Below are positions 1 to 9,326 of a stretch of 64,000 bases of DNA, in pieces. The stretch comes from a bacterium (lineage in GTDB: Bacteria; Patescibacteriota; Minisyncoccia; Phycocordibacterales; CALRBL01), in contig JAIYEG010000010.1 of the NCBI GenBank assembly GCA_027487075.1, forward strand, positions 111,270 through 175,269, in the 5' to 3' direction. Position 1 is the stretch's first letter. The number at the start of each line of letters is the position of its first letter. The translations under genes were made by a program, and so were the position numbers. The notes under the pieces are model-generated. The model was given only the letters and a program-made list of their open reading frames with translations. It searched no databases and had not been told where the DNA came from.

Positions 1-156
1 ACTTAAAAACATATGATCTCCCTTTTGAATCGTCGGGTTCATGGAATCACTCACCACGATGTACCAAGGAAAAAACATGACAGAGAAAATTCTCAATACA
101 AAAAGAATAAGAACAATAGTGGGTATAGTGTGAAATATTGATTTTAAAATTTTCAT
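1..156 (-). CDS. lepB: Signal peptidase I, N-terminal part; the gene runs off the window start
   Basis: Minus-strand translation from the ATG at 156 gives MKILKSIFHTIPTIVLILFVLRIFSVMFFPWYIVVSDSMNPTIQKGDHMF. This is an N-terminal TM helix followed by the SPase I box B motif (SDSMNPTI...GD). Confidence 0.7.
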   Translation of the reverse strand, partial: MKILKSIFHTIPTIVLILFVLRIFSVMFFPWYIVVSDSMNPTIQKGDHMFLS

Positions 157-160
157 GTAG

Positions 161-184
161 TGCGGAAGATGAGGGATTCGAATC
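161..184 (-). repeat. 24-bp direct repeat of the tRNA-Ser 3' end (T-arm plus acceptor), isolated 113 bp from the intact gene
   Basis: tgcggaagatgagggattcgaa(t/c)c occurs at 161-184 and 297-320. The copy at 161 has no matching 5' half or T-stem partner. Confidence 0.6.
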
Positions 185-298
185 TTACAGATTCGGTACA
201 GGCTTCGTATCGTGCTCGCTGCGCTCCGCGCGATATACTCAGCCTTTTCGAATCCCCACGAAGCTTCGCTTCTTCTCATTATATGCAAACTTCGTTTG

Positions 299-385
299 CG
301 GAAGATGAGGGATTCGAACCCTCGAAGAGATTGCTCCCTTGCCACCTTTCCAAGGTGGTGCACTCGACCACTATGCGAATCTTCC
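299..385 (-). tRNA. tRNA-Ser(GGA), type II with long variable arm; CCA not encoded
   Basis: Minus-strand read GGAAGAT-TC-GCA-TAGTGGTCGAG-TGC-A-CCACC-TTGGAAA-GGTGG-(18-nt variable arm)-GAGGG-TTCGAAT-CCCTC-ATCTTCC-G. It has a 3-bp D-stem, anticodon GGA and discriminator G73, as expected for Ser. Confidence 0.8.
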
Positions 386-399
386 GTATCTACCCCTCT

Positions 400-1293
400 T
401 CACTTACCTTCACCACGAAGTGCTTTAATGCGAAGTTCAATTGGAGGGTGAGTCATAAACAATCCCGACAACCCCTTCACCGCTTTTGCACCAAAGGGAT
501 TAGAGATGTAAAGATGTGCCATAGCATTTGAAGCATGACTCAGAGGACGATTGTATCCACCTATTTTTTCGAGCGCGGAGGCAAGACCTTCAGGATAGCG
601 CGTCATGAGGGCTCCGGTTGCATCGGCAAGATATTCGCGACGGCGTGAGATGGCAAGTTGAATGATCGTGGCAATAAAAGGTGAAAGCACAATAAATACA
701 ATACCTAGTATCATTAATGGATTACTTCCTCCCCGATTATCATCCTGACCACCTCCCCCAAACCACATAGAGCGGAGAAAGAAATCCGAAATAATTGAAA
801 TAAAACCAACAAGCACGACAATCACCGAAGAAAGTAAAATATCTTTATTGCCAATATGCGCGAGCTCGTGCGCAATGACCCCTTCAAGCTCACTGCGATT
901 AAGAATCGTGAGAAGTCCCGTCGTCACAGCTACTGCTGCATGATGTTTGTTACGACCTGTAGCAAATGCATTCGGAGCAGGATCACTAATAACATACACA
1001 CGAGGTGTAGGAAGTCCTGCGGTGATAGCGAGATTCTCTACAATGCGCTTGAGTTCTTGATGTTCGACGCCTATTTCTTTTGCACCCGCGAGAGTAAGTG
1101 CGATCTTGTCTGAAAACCAATAACTAGCAATATTCATCACCAAACTAAAAATGATGGCAATATAGAGAAGTGAAGGGTTGTTATACACCACGCTCACTGA
1201 AAATCCTATCGCAATGACCACCGCCACAAACGTGGCCATAAGTAGCCATGTTTTAAGACTATTTGATGTCTGCTGAGTATAAAGCGTTGCCAT
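400..1293 (-). CDS. htpX: Zinc metalloprotease HtpX (M48 family)
   Basis: 297 aa with a HELAHIGNKD HExxH motif, multiple TM segments, and a Gly/Asp-rich linker. Confidence 0.85.
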   Translation of the reverse strand: MATLYTQQTSNSLKTWLLMATFVAVVIAIGFSVSVVYNNPSLLYIAIIFSLVMNIASYWFSDKIALTLAGAKEIGVEHQELKRIVENLAITAGLPTPRVYVISDPAPNAFATGRNKHHAAVAVTTGLLTILNRSELEGVIAHELAHIGNKDILLSSVIVVLVGFISIISDFFLRSMWFGGGGQDDNRGGSNPLMILGIVFIVLSPFIATIIQLAISRRREYLADATGALMTRYPEGLASALEKIGGYNRPLSHASNAMAHLYISNPFGAKAVKGLSGLFMTHPPIELRIKALRGEGK

Positions 1294-1311
1294 AGGCAGA
1301 CTATACGGGAA

Positions 1312-1872
1312 TTAGAATTTTACTTCAACTGGCTTTTTTGCTGCTTGTTCTTCATCTCCAAGCTGGAAGAATTCGAGCTGCTCAAAATGAAAAACGTTCG
1401 CGATGATATTTGAGGGGAAGGACTGAATTGAAGTGTTGAGATCTCGGACATTACCGTTGTAGAAACGTCGTGCGGATTGAATTTTATTTTCGGTATCAGA
1501 AAGTTCTCGCTGAAGCTCAAGAAAATTAGTATTTGCTTTGAGATCAGGATATGCCTCAGCAATAGCGAAGAGCGACTTAAGCGTTCCTGCGAGCTGATTT
1601 TCGGCGAGCGCTTTGTCTTCAAGACTTCCTGCCTGCATCGCTTTGCTACGGGCCTCAGTCACCTTTTCAAAGGCTGTGGACTCGTGGGTCGCATACCCTT
1701 TGACCGTATTAACGAGGTTAGGGATAAGGTCATACCGACGCTTGAGCTGAATATCAATGTCTGACCATGCTTCTTTTGCACGGTTGATGAGAGTAATAAA
1801 ACCGTTATAGCTTGCGATCCCCCAAATCAATACTAGACCAACGATTCCAAGAGCGATGTATATGATAAGCAT
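1312..1872 (-). CDS. lemA: LemA family membrane protein
   Basis: 186 aa with an N-terminal TM helix and the LemA core (NGFITLINRAKEAWSDIDIQLKRRYDLIPNLV). It forms the usual LemA-HtpX pair. Confidence 0.8.
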   Translation of the reverse strand: MLIIYIALGIVGLVLIWGIASYNGFITLINRAKEAWSDIDIQLKRRYDLIPNLVNTVKGYATHESTAFEKVTEARSKAMQAGSLEDKALAENQLAGTLKSLFAIAEAYPDLKANTNFLELQRELSDTENKIQSARRFYNGNVRDLNTSIQSFPSNIIANVFHFEQLEFFQLGDEEQAAKKPVEVKF

Positions 1873-1887
1873 AGTCGCATCATACCA

Positions 1888-4800
1888 CTACAACGCAGGA
1901 GCTTCAACAGGAGCTGATTCTTCTACGGGAGGAGTCACCGTTTCTTCTTCAGTTACGTGAGTATCTACGGTAGTCTCAGTTGTCGTTGAAGTTGTCGTAG
2001 ATTCTTCGGTTGTCGGATCAGTATGTGTGGAATCGGTATAACTTACAGAAACGGGACGACTTGAATTCTCAAGCAATTGATCAACCTGATCTCGAGAAAG
2101 ACAGGTCTCACCACTTGCATCGCTAATACAAAGCTTATCGGTCTTCACTTCTTTTGTCTCAAAGAACGTAGCCATACTTTCGATCTTCTTCCACATTTCC
2201 TGCATACCAGCAATAATAAGCGCTGGGAGACGTGAGTAGTTGATTCCCATGAATCCATCGGTTTTATTCACAAACGTAATTTCTGGGAAAATCTTTTCCA
2301 TATCCTGCGCAATGAAGCCGAAATCCATCTTACCCTCTGTATCACCTTTCCATGTATATGACACGGGATTAAGCACAAGAAGTTTCTGAAGAGTCGTTGA
2401 AGCCTGTTCAGTAGTAGATGCAAGCGACACAACATTATCTTTCAAGCGTTCATCAGAAGTATTGGTGGTAAGTACACCATCTGCTGTGATACGAATATCA
2501 TTTGCAGCTGCTGCGCTCCCTACCGCCGTGAATTGTGCATTGCCTGTTACGACGAGTCTTTGCAACGGAGTCGTAGTGCCTATCCCCACGTTTCCAGAGC
2601 TAAGAATTGACAACTTTTCCTGATCAGACGCAATACCTGGAGTGACGAATGCAAACCTACCATTTCCTAGGCTGTCAGCAGCAATGAACGTAAATACTCC
2701 AAAGTCTCTATCACCCGAACTATCAAACCCACGGAATTGAATTTTCCCAAGCCAATCCCCTGGCGATATAACCACTGGCAAAGCCGCAGTTCCACGAGAT
2801 CGTGTAATAAGAATACCTCCAGCTCCTGCCGCTGCGTCGTTTGTGCTATATCTCTTAAACTGACCAAGTCCTACAGTTCCCTCAACTGCGAGAGGAAAAC
2901 CTGGAGTTGCTATACCAATACCAAGACGTGAATTAGTATTATCCCAGAACAAGTTTGCATTACTCTGGTTTAATGAACCTCCCGTTGCAAAGAATGGAAT
3001 CGAACCAGCGGTAAAATTAGTAAAGGTTGATGAAGCAACACTCAACGTTCCCGTACCAAGAATATTTCCCGCAACGGAGAGTCTTGTACTTGGAGAACTT
3101 GTACCAATACCCACGTTACCAAAGACGTCAACTTTCAAATGCGGTGTCCATGTTGTGCCGTTATGACCCATCACTGAGAAACCGCCTGTGCCGCTGTTTC
3201 GTGTATCAAAGACAATCTCAGCACCTCCGCGTTGTGCACTATTTGTATAGTTATTTCCAAACATCTGAATATATCCACCCTTAGGAGTTCCTGACCCATC
3301 AAGAATTCCCATATTCAATAGATCTGTTGCATCATCTTTGAACACACGCGATGAAGCTCCTGTAAGTGCGATATTACCATTGACATCAAGTCGAGCTGAA
3401 GGAGTGCTGGTACCGATACCCACATTTCCTGATTGAAGCACCGTAAAGAATGTTGAACCACTTGATGATGCAACCGTGAATGGATTATATCCTGCGTTAC
3501 CCCTCACGAAGAATGAAGTAAGCGTAGAGGTACCATTAACTCCAGCGAGTAATCCTGTATCAAACAAGCTACCAGATGTAAGCGTATTATCTGATCCCCA
3601 TGTCACCAAGCGATTCACGATGCCGTAGCCACCAAGTGCATTTTGTTTTGTTGACGGACGTAAGGTTGCATTGATTTCATTAAGAAATGCATCTGCAATA
3701 TGGAGCATACCACTATCGTTCGGATGAATTCCGTCGTTTATATAATCTTGCGTTAGAACCATGTACGACGCTGTATCAACATAAGCGATATTCAACCCAT
3801 CAGCAGCAAGAAGTCGTACATTTTCTTTTGTTCGCTCATTGTATGCATAAATGGTAGCTGCGGACGGAGATCCTGAAGAAGCAAGTATAGTACCACCCAC
3901 AAATACTGCAGGACCTTTATTGAGACTAAAACCCTTATTACCTGCCGCCCAATCAAAGTACACTTTATTTGATGCACTCGTTGGTGAAGTTACGGTCAAT
4001 ACCACAGTATGAGTCCCTTCAGAAAGATTAGGAATTCTCAAAAGCGCTGAGCCGAAATTGCGATTACGTTGAGGTGTCAAAATTTGCCCACCCGATGTTC
4101 CTGTATTTGAATATGTTCCATAATTAACCCCGTCGATGGTAACCGAGAATTGCCCTCCATTTCCGTCTTCCATCGTGTATGCAATATAAGCAGTAGTACC
4201 CTTGATCGTGAACGTTGCGGTAGCACCGTTTGTAGTCGAGTACCTACCTATATTGCCTCCATAATAAGAGCTATCAAGCCATGTTCCTGCGTACACAGGA
4301 CTCGATGATCCTGTAGACTGTCCTATTACTTTATTTTCATGTGGAATTGCTAACCATGCATTCGCAGCTCTTTGGAATAATTGTGAGTTGGTGAGTTGTC
4401 CTGTTGAGAAATATGCTGAGAGGTCGTTCGTTCCTATCATATAGGTAAAGAGCTCTGAGGAAGTTCCGCTCACAATCTTCTGATATACAAATTCCTGAGA
4501 ATCTGCTGCAGCATCTCCACTTCGAGCTCTCTTTGTAATAGGGATACCAAGAGTATTAGCAATGGCATTAAAATACTGATTTGCTGCGCTGATAGACGTA
4601 CAACATCCTTCAGTTATAGAATCACCAAACGCAGTGTAGCTACTATAGGTGTGAATGATTGGTGCTTTAACAATATTTGAAGCGTATAGAGATTCAACAG
4701 TTGTAGTGCCGTTTACAGCAAGCTTAACTCCGGGAGTTGTGGTTCCAATACCCACATTTCCATTGCTAAGGATAGTGAATTTCTCTTGATCTTCAGCGAT

Positions 4801-7257
4801 ACCTGGTGCCATAAATGCAAACCTTCCATTACCGACTGTGTCAGAAGCAATAAATGCAAATGCGCCATAGTCAATATCAGCTGAACCATCAAAGCCACGG
4901 AACTGCACCTTACCAAGCCAATCTCCCGCATTCACTGGTAAAGGACTCGCCTGACTACCTTGTGCTCGGGTAAGCAAGAAACCTCCCGAACTTGCGGCGT
5001 TTGAACTCACTCCGTTTGCTGCATAGCGCTTCAATGAGGCAAGTGCACTTGCCCCTTCAATTTGAAGCATGAACGCTGGGTTTGCAGTTCCAATACCCAC
5101 ATTTCCTGATCCAGCATTGACAAAGAGTGATGGATTACTACTTGTTCCTACCCGCAAACTTCCCCACACATCGAGTCTCTGTGAAGGAGTGGTTGTTCCA
5201 ATACCAACATTTCCCGATGAATCAACGACCAATCGAGAGGCATTTGCCATATCATCAAAAATAGCAAACTTTCCACCACCAAGACCCGAAGTGTTGTTGG
5301 TGCTTACAAAAGAGTATGATCGTCCACCTGTTGCAGGATCCTGAAGTTGAACACCTGTCGAAGTGGTGAGACCTGTTCCTACAATATGCAGTGCGCGGTT
5401 TGGTGTGCTTGTACCGATCCCCACGCTTCCACCAAATGAGGCGAATGTGGCTCCCTGGCTTGTTACCCTACCAGTACCAGTATTATTTACCAGATTTGTA
5501 ATGCCGGTGCGTTGCATTGTTCCCGATTCAAACAATTCAGCAGTACCCGACAGTGACACGAGATAAGGAAGCGGCGTTACGTTATTAACAATAATAGTTG
5601 CACCGCTCATTTTTATTTTTCCAGAACTTGCACTCACCATACTGTCTACTCCTACGTCATAGGTTTCGAGATAAAAATTAGGATTGACGAGTGAGACGTT
5701 TGCGCCCGTCGAAACGATGTATGGTCCTGAAAGTGAACCCCCAGGATTTTCAAAGTGATTGTTGCTCAATACGATTGAAAAAGCGCTGGCACCGATATTT
5801 ACACGACATGAATCAAATGATCCTCCATCAAAAATTCCTGATGCAAGTCCTCCTTGCAAATCTACACAAGTAGCAGATGATGTGCCATTGGTATTTGCAA
5901 AGGTTGTATCTCTAAACATCAGATTTTCTCCACTATTAAAGAGGCCATTAGGGTAAAAGAGGTTCTTACCGTTATTAACAATAATAGAGTGATCAAACTT
6001 TGTGAGCCATGTCTGATCTCCGTATTGAATTCCGATACCGAAACCTTGAATTTTTATACTATCTCCCAAGAACCCCGTTGCTCCATTGTTTCCTCCGAGC
6101 ATAATACCGATAGTTGGATTGCTGCGATTGGTACCTGACAACACAAGATCACGCAGACCAGAGCCAAACGTTAACGTACCAGGGAAATTAAACGTAAATG
6201 CCGTACCCGTACTTGGGGTATACAGCAATCGAGTACACTCTCCCGCACCCTGCAAAACAACTCGTTTATTAATAAGAATTGAAGTGATGTGATATACACC
6301 ACAAGGGAAATACACAACTCCTGCAGAATCAGAAGCTGCAGCAGATATAGCAGCAAGCACTGCAGTCGTATCATCAGCTGATCCATCACCTACGGCCCCA
6401 TACGCTTTTACGTTTGCCACTTGTCCATTCTTATCAAAAATTGAAGCTTTGAGTGATCCCCCCACTTCTACTTGTCCTCCACCTCTATTCAAAATAAGCG
6501 GGTTGGTGCCATTTGCTCCCGAATCAATAACAGCAGAACTACTAGCATTCACCCACAAACGAAGTGATCCATTTACTCCGCTATTTACCAAAGCAATTCC
6601 TCCAGCACTTGAATCAATACCTTGGAAAATCTCAAGGCGTCCTCGAGAAACGTTTGACGTCCCTATTCCCACATTTCCATTTAAATAGTACGCGGTAGTT
6701 CCCGTTGCAGCCCACGGACTGACAAGACCATTATCAAGAATATCGGCAATCTGATCGGTAAGTGTGTCCACATCGGTTTGTACACCATCAATTCTTTCTT
6801 CAAGACTTCTTACACGACGTGCGAGTCCGGATGTGTTTCCTCCTCCACCCGTAGTACGCACCTGAGTTATAATTGTTGTCGTTGCCGGAACATAACTCTC
6901 ATAATAATTAATTGTTGTATTGTTGGTGGTAACGATAACAGGATACAACGTTGCACCAAGTGACTGATTGAGTGTTGCTTTTGCTTCTTTAATTTCTTCG
7001 GGAGCATACGTAAACACGGTTGGAACAACTGAACCATCGTTAGATGAAATAGTGGCTGGTTGAGGAACAACATACGAAAGCACGGAATCAACAGCTGATG
7101 CGAACGTACGATAAAACTTATCATACAGAGAAAAGACTGACGAAGAAAATCCGGCTGCCGCAGAAACCTGAGGCAACGCACATGAAAAAACAAGCATTGC
7201 AATGAGAATGTAGTGTCGTGGTGTACTGAAGTTTTTCATTTGCAATATATAAATCAC
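1888..7257 (-). CDS. Giant secreted multidomain protein: signal peptide, pectate-lyase-3 (tailspike-like) beta-helix, Gly-rich tail-fibre-like repeats, SGNH/GDSL hydrolase, more repeats, C-terminal peptidase-S74 intramolecular-chaperone domain, Thr/Glu-rich tail
   Basis: 1789-aa ORF; the likely start is MKNFSTP at about 7239, giving a signal peptide ...ALPQVSAAAG. KAYGAVGDGSADDTTAVLAAI sits at about 6361-6420. GDSL blocks FGDSITEG (about 4600), GTNDL and DGIHPND (about 3700) are present. More than 10 repeats of SGNVGIGT(S/T)TP...RL.V.G occur. The C-terminus has SDERLKDNV...LNPVSYTWK...GFIAQDMEKIFPE (about 2170-2450), typical of the S74 chaperone domain of phage tail fibres and endosialidases. 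Confidence 0.75.
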   Translation of the reverse strand: MIYILQMKNFSTPRHYILIAMLVFSCALPQVSAAAGFSSSVFSLYDKFYRTFASAVDSVLSYVVPQPATISSNDGSVVPTVFTYAPEEIKEAKATLNQSLGATLYPVIVTTNNTTINYYESYVPATTTIITQVRTTGGGGNTSGLARRVRSLEERIDGVQTDVDTLTDQIADILDNGLVSPWAATGTTAYYLNGNVGIGTSNVSRGRLEIFQGIDSSAGGIALVNSGVNGSLRLWVNASSSAVIDSGANGTNPLILNRGGGQVEVGGSLKASIFDKNGQVANVKAYGAVGDGSADDTTAVLAAISAAASDSAGVVYFPCGVYHITSILINKRVVLQGAGECTRLLYTPSTGTAFTFNFPGTLTFGSGLRDLVLSGTNRSNPTIGIMLGGNNGATGFLGDSIKIQGFGIGIQYGDQTWLTKFDHSIIVNNGKNLFYPNGLFNSGENLMFRDTTFANTNGTSSATCVDLQGGLASGIFDGGSFDSCRVNIGASAFSIVLSNNHFENPGGSLSGPYIVSTGANVSLVNPNFYLETYDVGVDSMVSASSGKIKMSGATIIVNNVTPLPYLVSLSGTAELFESGTMQRTGITNLVNNTGTGRVTSQGATFASFGGSVGIGTSTPNRALHIVGTGLTTSTGVQLQDPATGGRSYSFVSTNNTSGLGGGKFAIFDDMANASRLVVDSSGNVGIGTTTPSQRLDVWGSLRVGTSSNPSLFVNAGSGNVGIGTANPAFMLQIEGASALASLKRYAANGVSSNAASSGGFLLTRAQGSQASPLPVNAGDWLGKVQFRGFDGSADIDYGAFAFIASDTVGNGRFAFMAPGIAEDQEKFTILSNGNVGIGTTTPGVKLAVNGTTTVESLYASNIVKAPIIHTYSSYTAFGDSITEGCCTSISAANQYFNAIANTLGIPITKRARSGDAAADSQEFVYQKIVSGTSSELFTYMIGTNDLSAYFSTGQLTNSQLFQRAANAWLAIPHENKVIGQSTGSSSPVYAGTWLDSSYYGGNIGRYSTTNGATATFTIKGTTAYIAYTMEDGNGGQFSVTIDGVNYGTYSNTGTSGGQILTPQRNRNFGSALLRIPNLSEGTHTVVLTVTSPTSASNKVYFDWAAGNKGFSLNKGPAVFVGGTILASSGSPSAATIYAYNERTKENVRLLAADGLNIAYVDTASYMVLTQDYINDGIHPNDSGMLHIADAFLNEINATLRPSTKQNALGGYGIVNRLVTWGSDNTLTSGSLFDTGLLAGVNGTSTLTSFFVRGNAGYNPFTVASSSGSTFFTVLQSGNVGIGTSTPSARLDVNGNIALTGASSRVFKDDATDLLNMGILDGSGTPKGGYIQMFGNNYTNSAQRGGAEIVFDTRNSGTGGFSVMGHNGTTWTPHLKVDVFGNVGIGTSSPSTRLSVAGNILGTGTLSVASSTFTNFTAGSIPFFATGGSLNQSNANLFWDNTNSRLGIGIATPGFPLAVEGTVGLGQFKRYSTNDAAAGAGGILITRSRGTAALPVVISPGDWLGKIQFRGFDSSGDRDFGVFTFIAADSLGNGRFAFVTPGIASDQEKLSILSSGNVGIGTTTPLQRLVVTGNAQFTAVGSAAAANDIRITADGVLTTNTSDERLKDNVVSLASTTEQASTTLQKLLVLNPVSYTWKGDTEGKMDFGFIAQDMEKIFPEITFVNKTDGFMGINYSRLPALIIAGMQEMWKKIESMATFFETKEVKTDKLCISDASGETCLSRDQVDQLLENSSRPVSVSYTDSTHTDPTTEESTTTSTTTETTVDTHVTEEETVTPPVEESAPVEAPAL

Positions 7258-7287
7258 CTGAATTATACATTACAAGGAAAGAAAATA

Positions 7288-8856
7288 CTACGTGTTTGAG
7301 ACCTGTTTCTGTGGATTCTCGTGCTTATTAAACTTAGGTGTCACCCAAAATCCCATATAGCGCCCGAGAAGAAGTCTCGTCTGCGCATCAAGACCTGGAA
7401 TGGCCCCAAAAATAATGATAGTGACCGGCACCAAGAGCCACTGGAAAAACATGAGGATGCGTGTTCGAGGCTTACCATCAGCACGAATAGCTGGAGGCAA
7501 GAAGCTTAAGAAGACAAACGCACTCACCACAAGTCCTAACATCGCAAGAATCATCAGATTTCTTGTGATAAACGGAAGATTGTATGAGAGCACGGTTGAA
7601 TTGAATACTTTTCCACCAATCGCAAGAGGTAACCATCCCAGAAGGAAAATAAAAATAGGATTTGTTGCAAGTGACCAATACCCCTCAAGTTGAATAAGAG
7701 TGGTCTTAATTTTTTTGCGGAGTGGAATTGCCTTATCTTTGATAAAACCAAAAAGAATGTACGGCACATTCTCTGCACCCCATGCCCAACGTCGCTGTTG
7801 TTTGTAAATATTTTTAAGAGTCTCAAAGAATGTCGGTGCAAGGTTTGCATCCATTGATACCGGATATGAGATAGATACCGTACGATAATTCCCTTCGTAC
7901 GCAAAGTATGCATTCCAGAAAATACGAGAATCCTCTGACACCATATTGCGCTGCCAATACCCAATCTCATACAGTGTTTTAAACGGTACACTGTGTGACG
8001 AGAAGGTGACGTTACGCTCTGGTCGCTCTTGTTGGGTCATCTGCCAAAAGGTTCCTGATCCAGCAACAACACGAGACAATGCAGGTGCATTCCAAATGTT
8101 GTTGTTATAAAACGGCACCGGCTGATATGAAGCATGATAAGGATCTTCTTCAGTAAGGAAATACCATGTCACACACTGGAAGTAGTGAGGATACACGACC
8201 GTATCAATATCAAACGCAGACACCATGACGTCTTCATAGGGAATACGCTCAACATCAAGCACTTCTACACGAGCTCGTTCGATTGCCCATGAAATATTAG
8301 CTCCCTTTCCTGCCATTTCACCGGGAAGCCCTTCGGGATGAATTGTCGTGATGAAGTGTCCAAACTTGTCCGCATACATTGACTTTATCAATGCTGCAAG
8401 GTGCTCAGCCGACTTCCCTCGTTTTCCCTCGGCCGCGAGAACAACAATAATTTTTTTATGATCTGTCTTCGTAGCAAGAAGTGACTTCACGCTATTTTCA
8501 ATGGTTTCCTGCCCCTCGCTATAGAACGGCAAAATCACCATATGATAGATATGGTCATGCTTTACCTCGCTTAACATCTTGTCCCAATCTGCATGCAAGT
8601 TGTGCGTGATTCTTCGCCAATTTCTGCTGAGATAAAATGAAAGATAGATGGTCTTCAAAAGCCAGTAGAGGTCGAAGATGATGATGAAAATTGCTGCAGC
8701 AACAGGAAAAAAGTACGAGAGCGCCACGGTACCAAAAAGAGAACCCCACGAAAGGATCCCTGGAACCATCTCAAGAAATCGATAGAGTATATAGTCTTTA
8801 CCAGTGAGTTCGGTTGCTCTACCAACGTGAAAGTAAGGAGAGTTCTTATATGACAT
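7288..8856 (-). CDS. Family 2 glycosyltransferase, membrane-bound, processive type with QxxRW motif
   Basis: The ORF 7288..8877 begins with GTG inside the tRNA-Thr gene, so the ATG at 8856 (MSYKNSPYF) is more likely. It contains D,D motifs and QQRRWAWG with flanking TM helices, a cellulose/chitin-synthase-like fold. Confidence 0.7.
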   Translation of the reverse strand: MSYKNSPYFHVGRATELTGKDYILYRFLEMVPGILSWGSLFGTVALSYFFPVAAAIFIIIFDLYWLLKTIYLSFYLSRNWRRITHNLHADWDKMLSEVKHDHIYHMVILPFYSEGQETIENSVKSLLATKTDHKKIIVVLAAEGKRGKSAEHLAALIKSMYADKFGHFITTIHPEGLPGEMAGKGANISWAIERARVEVLDVERIPYEDVMVSAFDIDTVVYPHYFQCVTWYFLTEEDPYHASYQPVPFYNNNIWNAPALSRVVAGSGTFWQMTQQERPERNVTFSSHSVPFKTLYEIGYWQRNMVSEDSRIFWNAYFAYEGNYRTVSISYPVSMDANLAPTFFETLKNIYKQQRRWAWGAENVPYILFGFIKDKAIPLRKKIKTTLIQLEGYWSLATNPIFIFLLGWLPLAIGGKVFNSTVLSYNLPFITRNLMILAMLGLVVSAFVFLSFLPPAIRADGKPRTRILMFFQWLLVPVTIIIFGAIPGLDAQTRLLLGRYMGFWVTPKFNKHENPQKQVSNT

Positions 8857-8871
8857 ACATGTGATTGAGGG

Positions 8872-8944
8872 AGCCACCTCTCGGATTTGAACCGAGGACC
8901 TTCACTTTACAAAAGTGTTGCTCTACCAACTGAGCTAAGGTGGC
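8872..8944 (-). tRNA. tRNA-Thr(UGU)
   Basis: GCCACCT-TA-GCTC-AGTTGGTA-GAGC-A-ACACT-TTTGTAA-AGTGA-AGGTC-CTCGG-TTCAAAT-CCGAG-AGGTGGC-T. It has a cloverleaf and anticodon TGT. Confidence 0.85.
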
Positions 8945-9026
8945 GTAATACTATTCTTACCTTATTCTTTCCATTTTGACCATCTTGGTGTTCAGAGCTA
9001 CCAAGACAGCTAAGGTGGCATAATCT

Positions 9027-9326
9027 TTACCGATAATACCGCGGAAATTTTCTTCGTACAAAATCCATTGCTTTCGAAAACCTTTCTTCTACTTCCTCGA
9101 TAATAAGGTGGATAAGAAGATGGAAGGTTCTTCGATTGAAGTAGCGAAGAAACTTTCGTACTTCTGCAATCTTTCTTCGAAGCACGTGATCCACTTTTCG
9201 TGCTCTATGTGACACAAGACGGTGGAAGAAATGCTCATCATGTAGTGTAACATAAAGTACACGAGACAGGATCATGAGTACGATCACCACCGCTGACACG
9301 ACAAAAATGTAGAAGTATATTGGCAT
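9027..9326 (-). CDS. Hypothetical small membrane protein; its ATG overlaps the tsf stop in a TAATG arrangement
   Basis: 99 aa with one N-terminal TM helix followed by a basic tail. The start/stop overlap suggests translational coupling. No recognisable family. Confidence 0.35.
   Translation of the reverse strand: MPIYFYIFVVSAVVIVLMILSRVLYVTLHDEHFFHRLVSHRARKVDHVLRRKIAEVRKFLRYFNRRTFHLLIHLIIEEVEERFSKAMDFVRRKFPRYYR

Noticed and set aside
185-296. Second functional tRNA between the tRNA-Ser 3'-end repeats
   Set aside because: Neither strand gives a paired T-stem or acceptor stem. It is kept only as a repeat or scar.
160-531. Plus-strand ORFs 160..531 (123 aa) and 212..451 (79 aa)
   Set aside because: They run straight through tRNA-Ser and its 3'-end repeat. 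GSIPP-like peptides are translated from T-arm sequence, and no start context is present. Spurious.
2667-7202. Numerous 60-110-aa ORFs on both strands inside the giant protein gene (e.g. 6867..7202, 5069..5344, 6449..6688)
   Set aside because: They are embedded in or antisense to a continuous 1789-aa frame with clear domain motifs. They are low-complexity Pro/Thr-rich artefacts of the Gly-rich repeats.
8945-9025. Second tRNA upstream of tRNA-Thr(UGU)
   Set aside because: Only the first 11 nt match. There is no T-arm and the anticodon stem cannot pair. It is a hairpin, not a tRNA.
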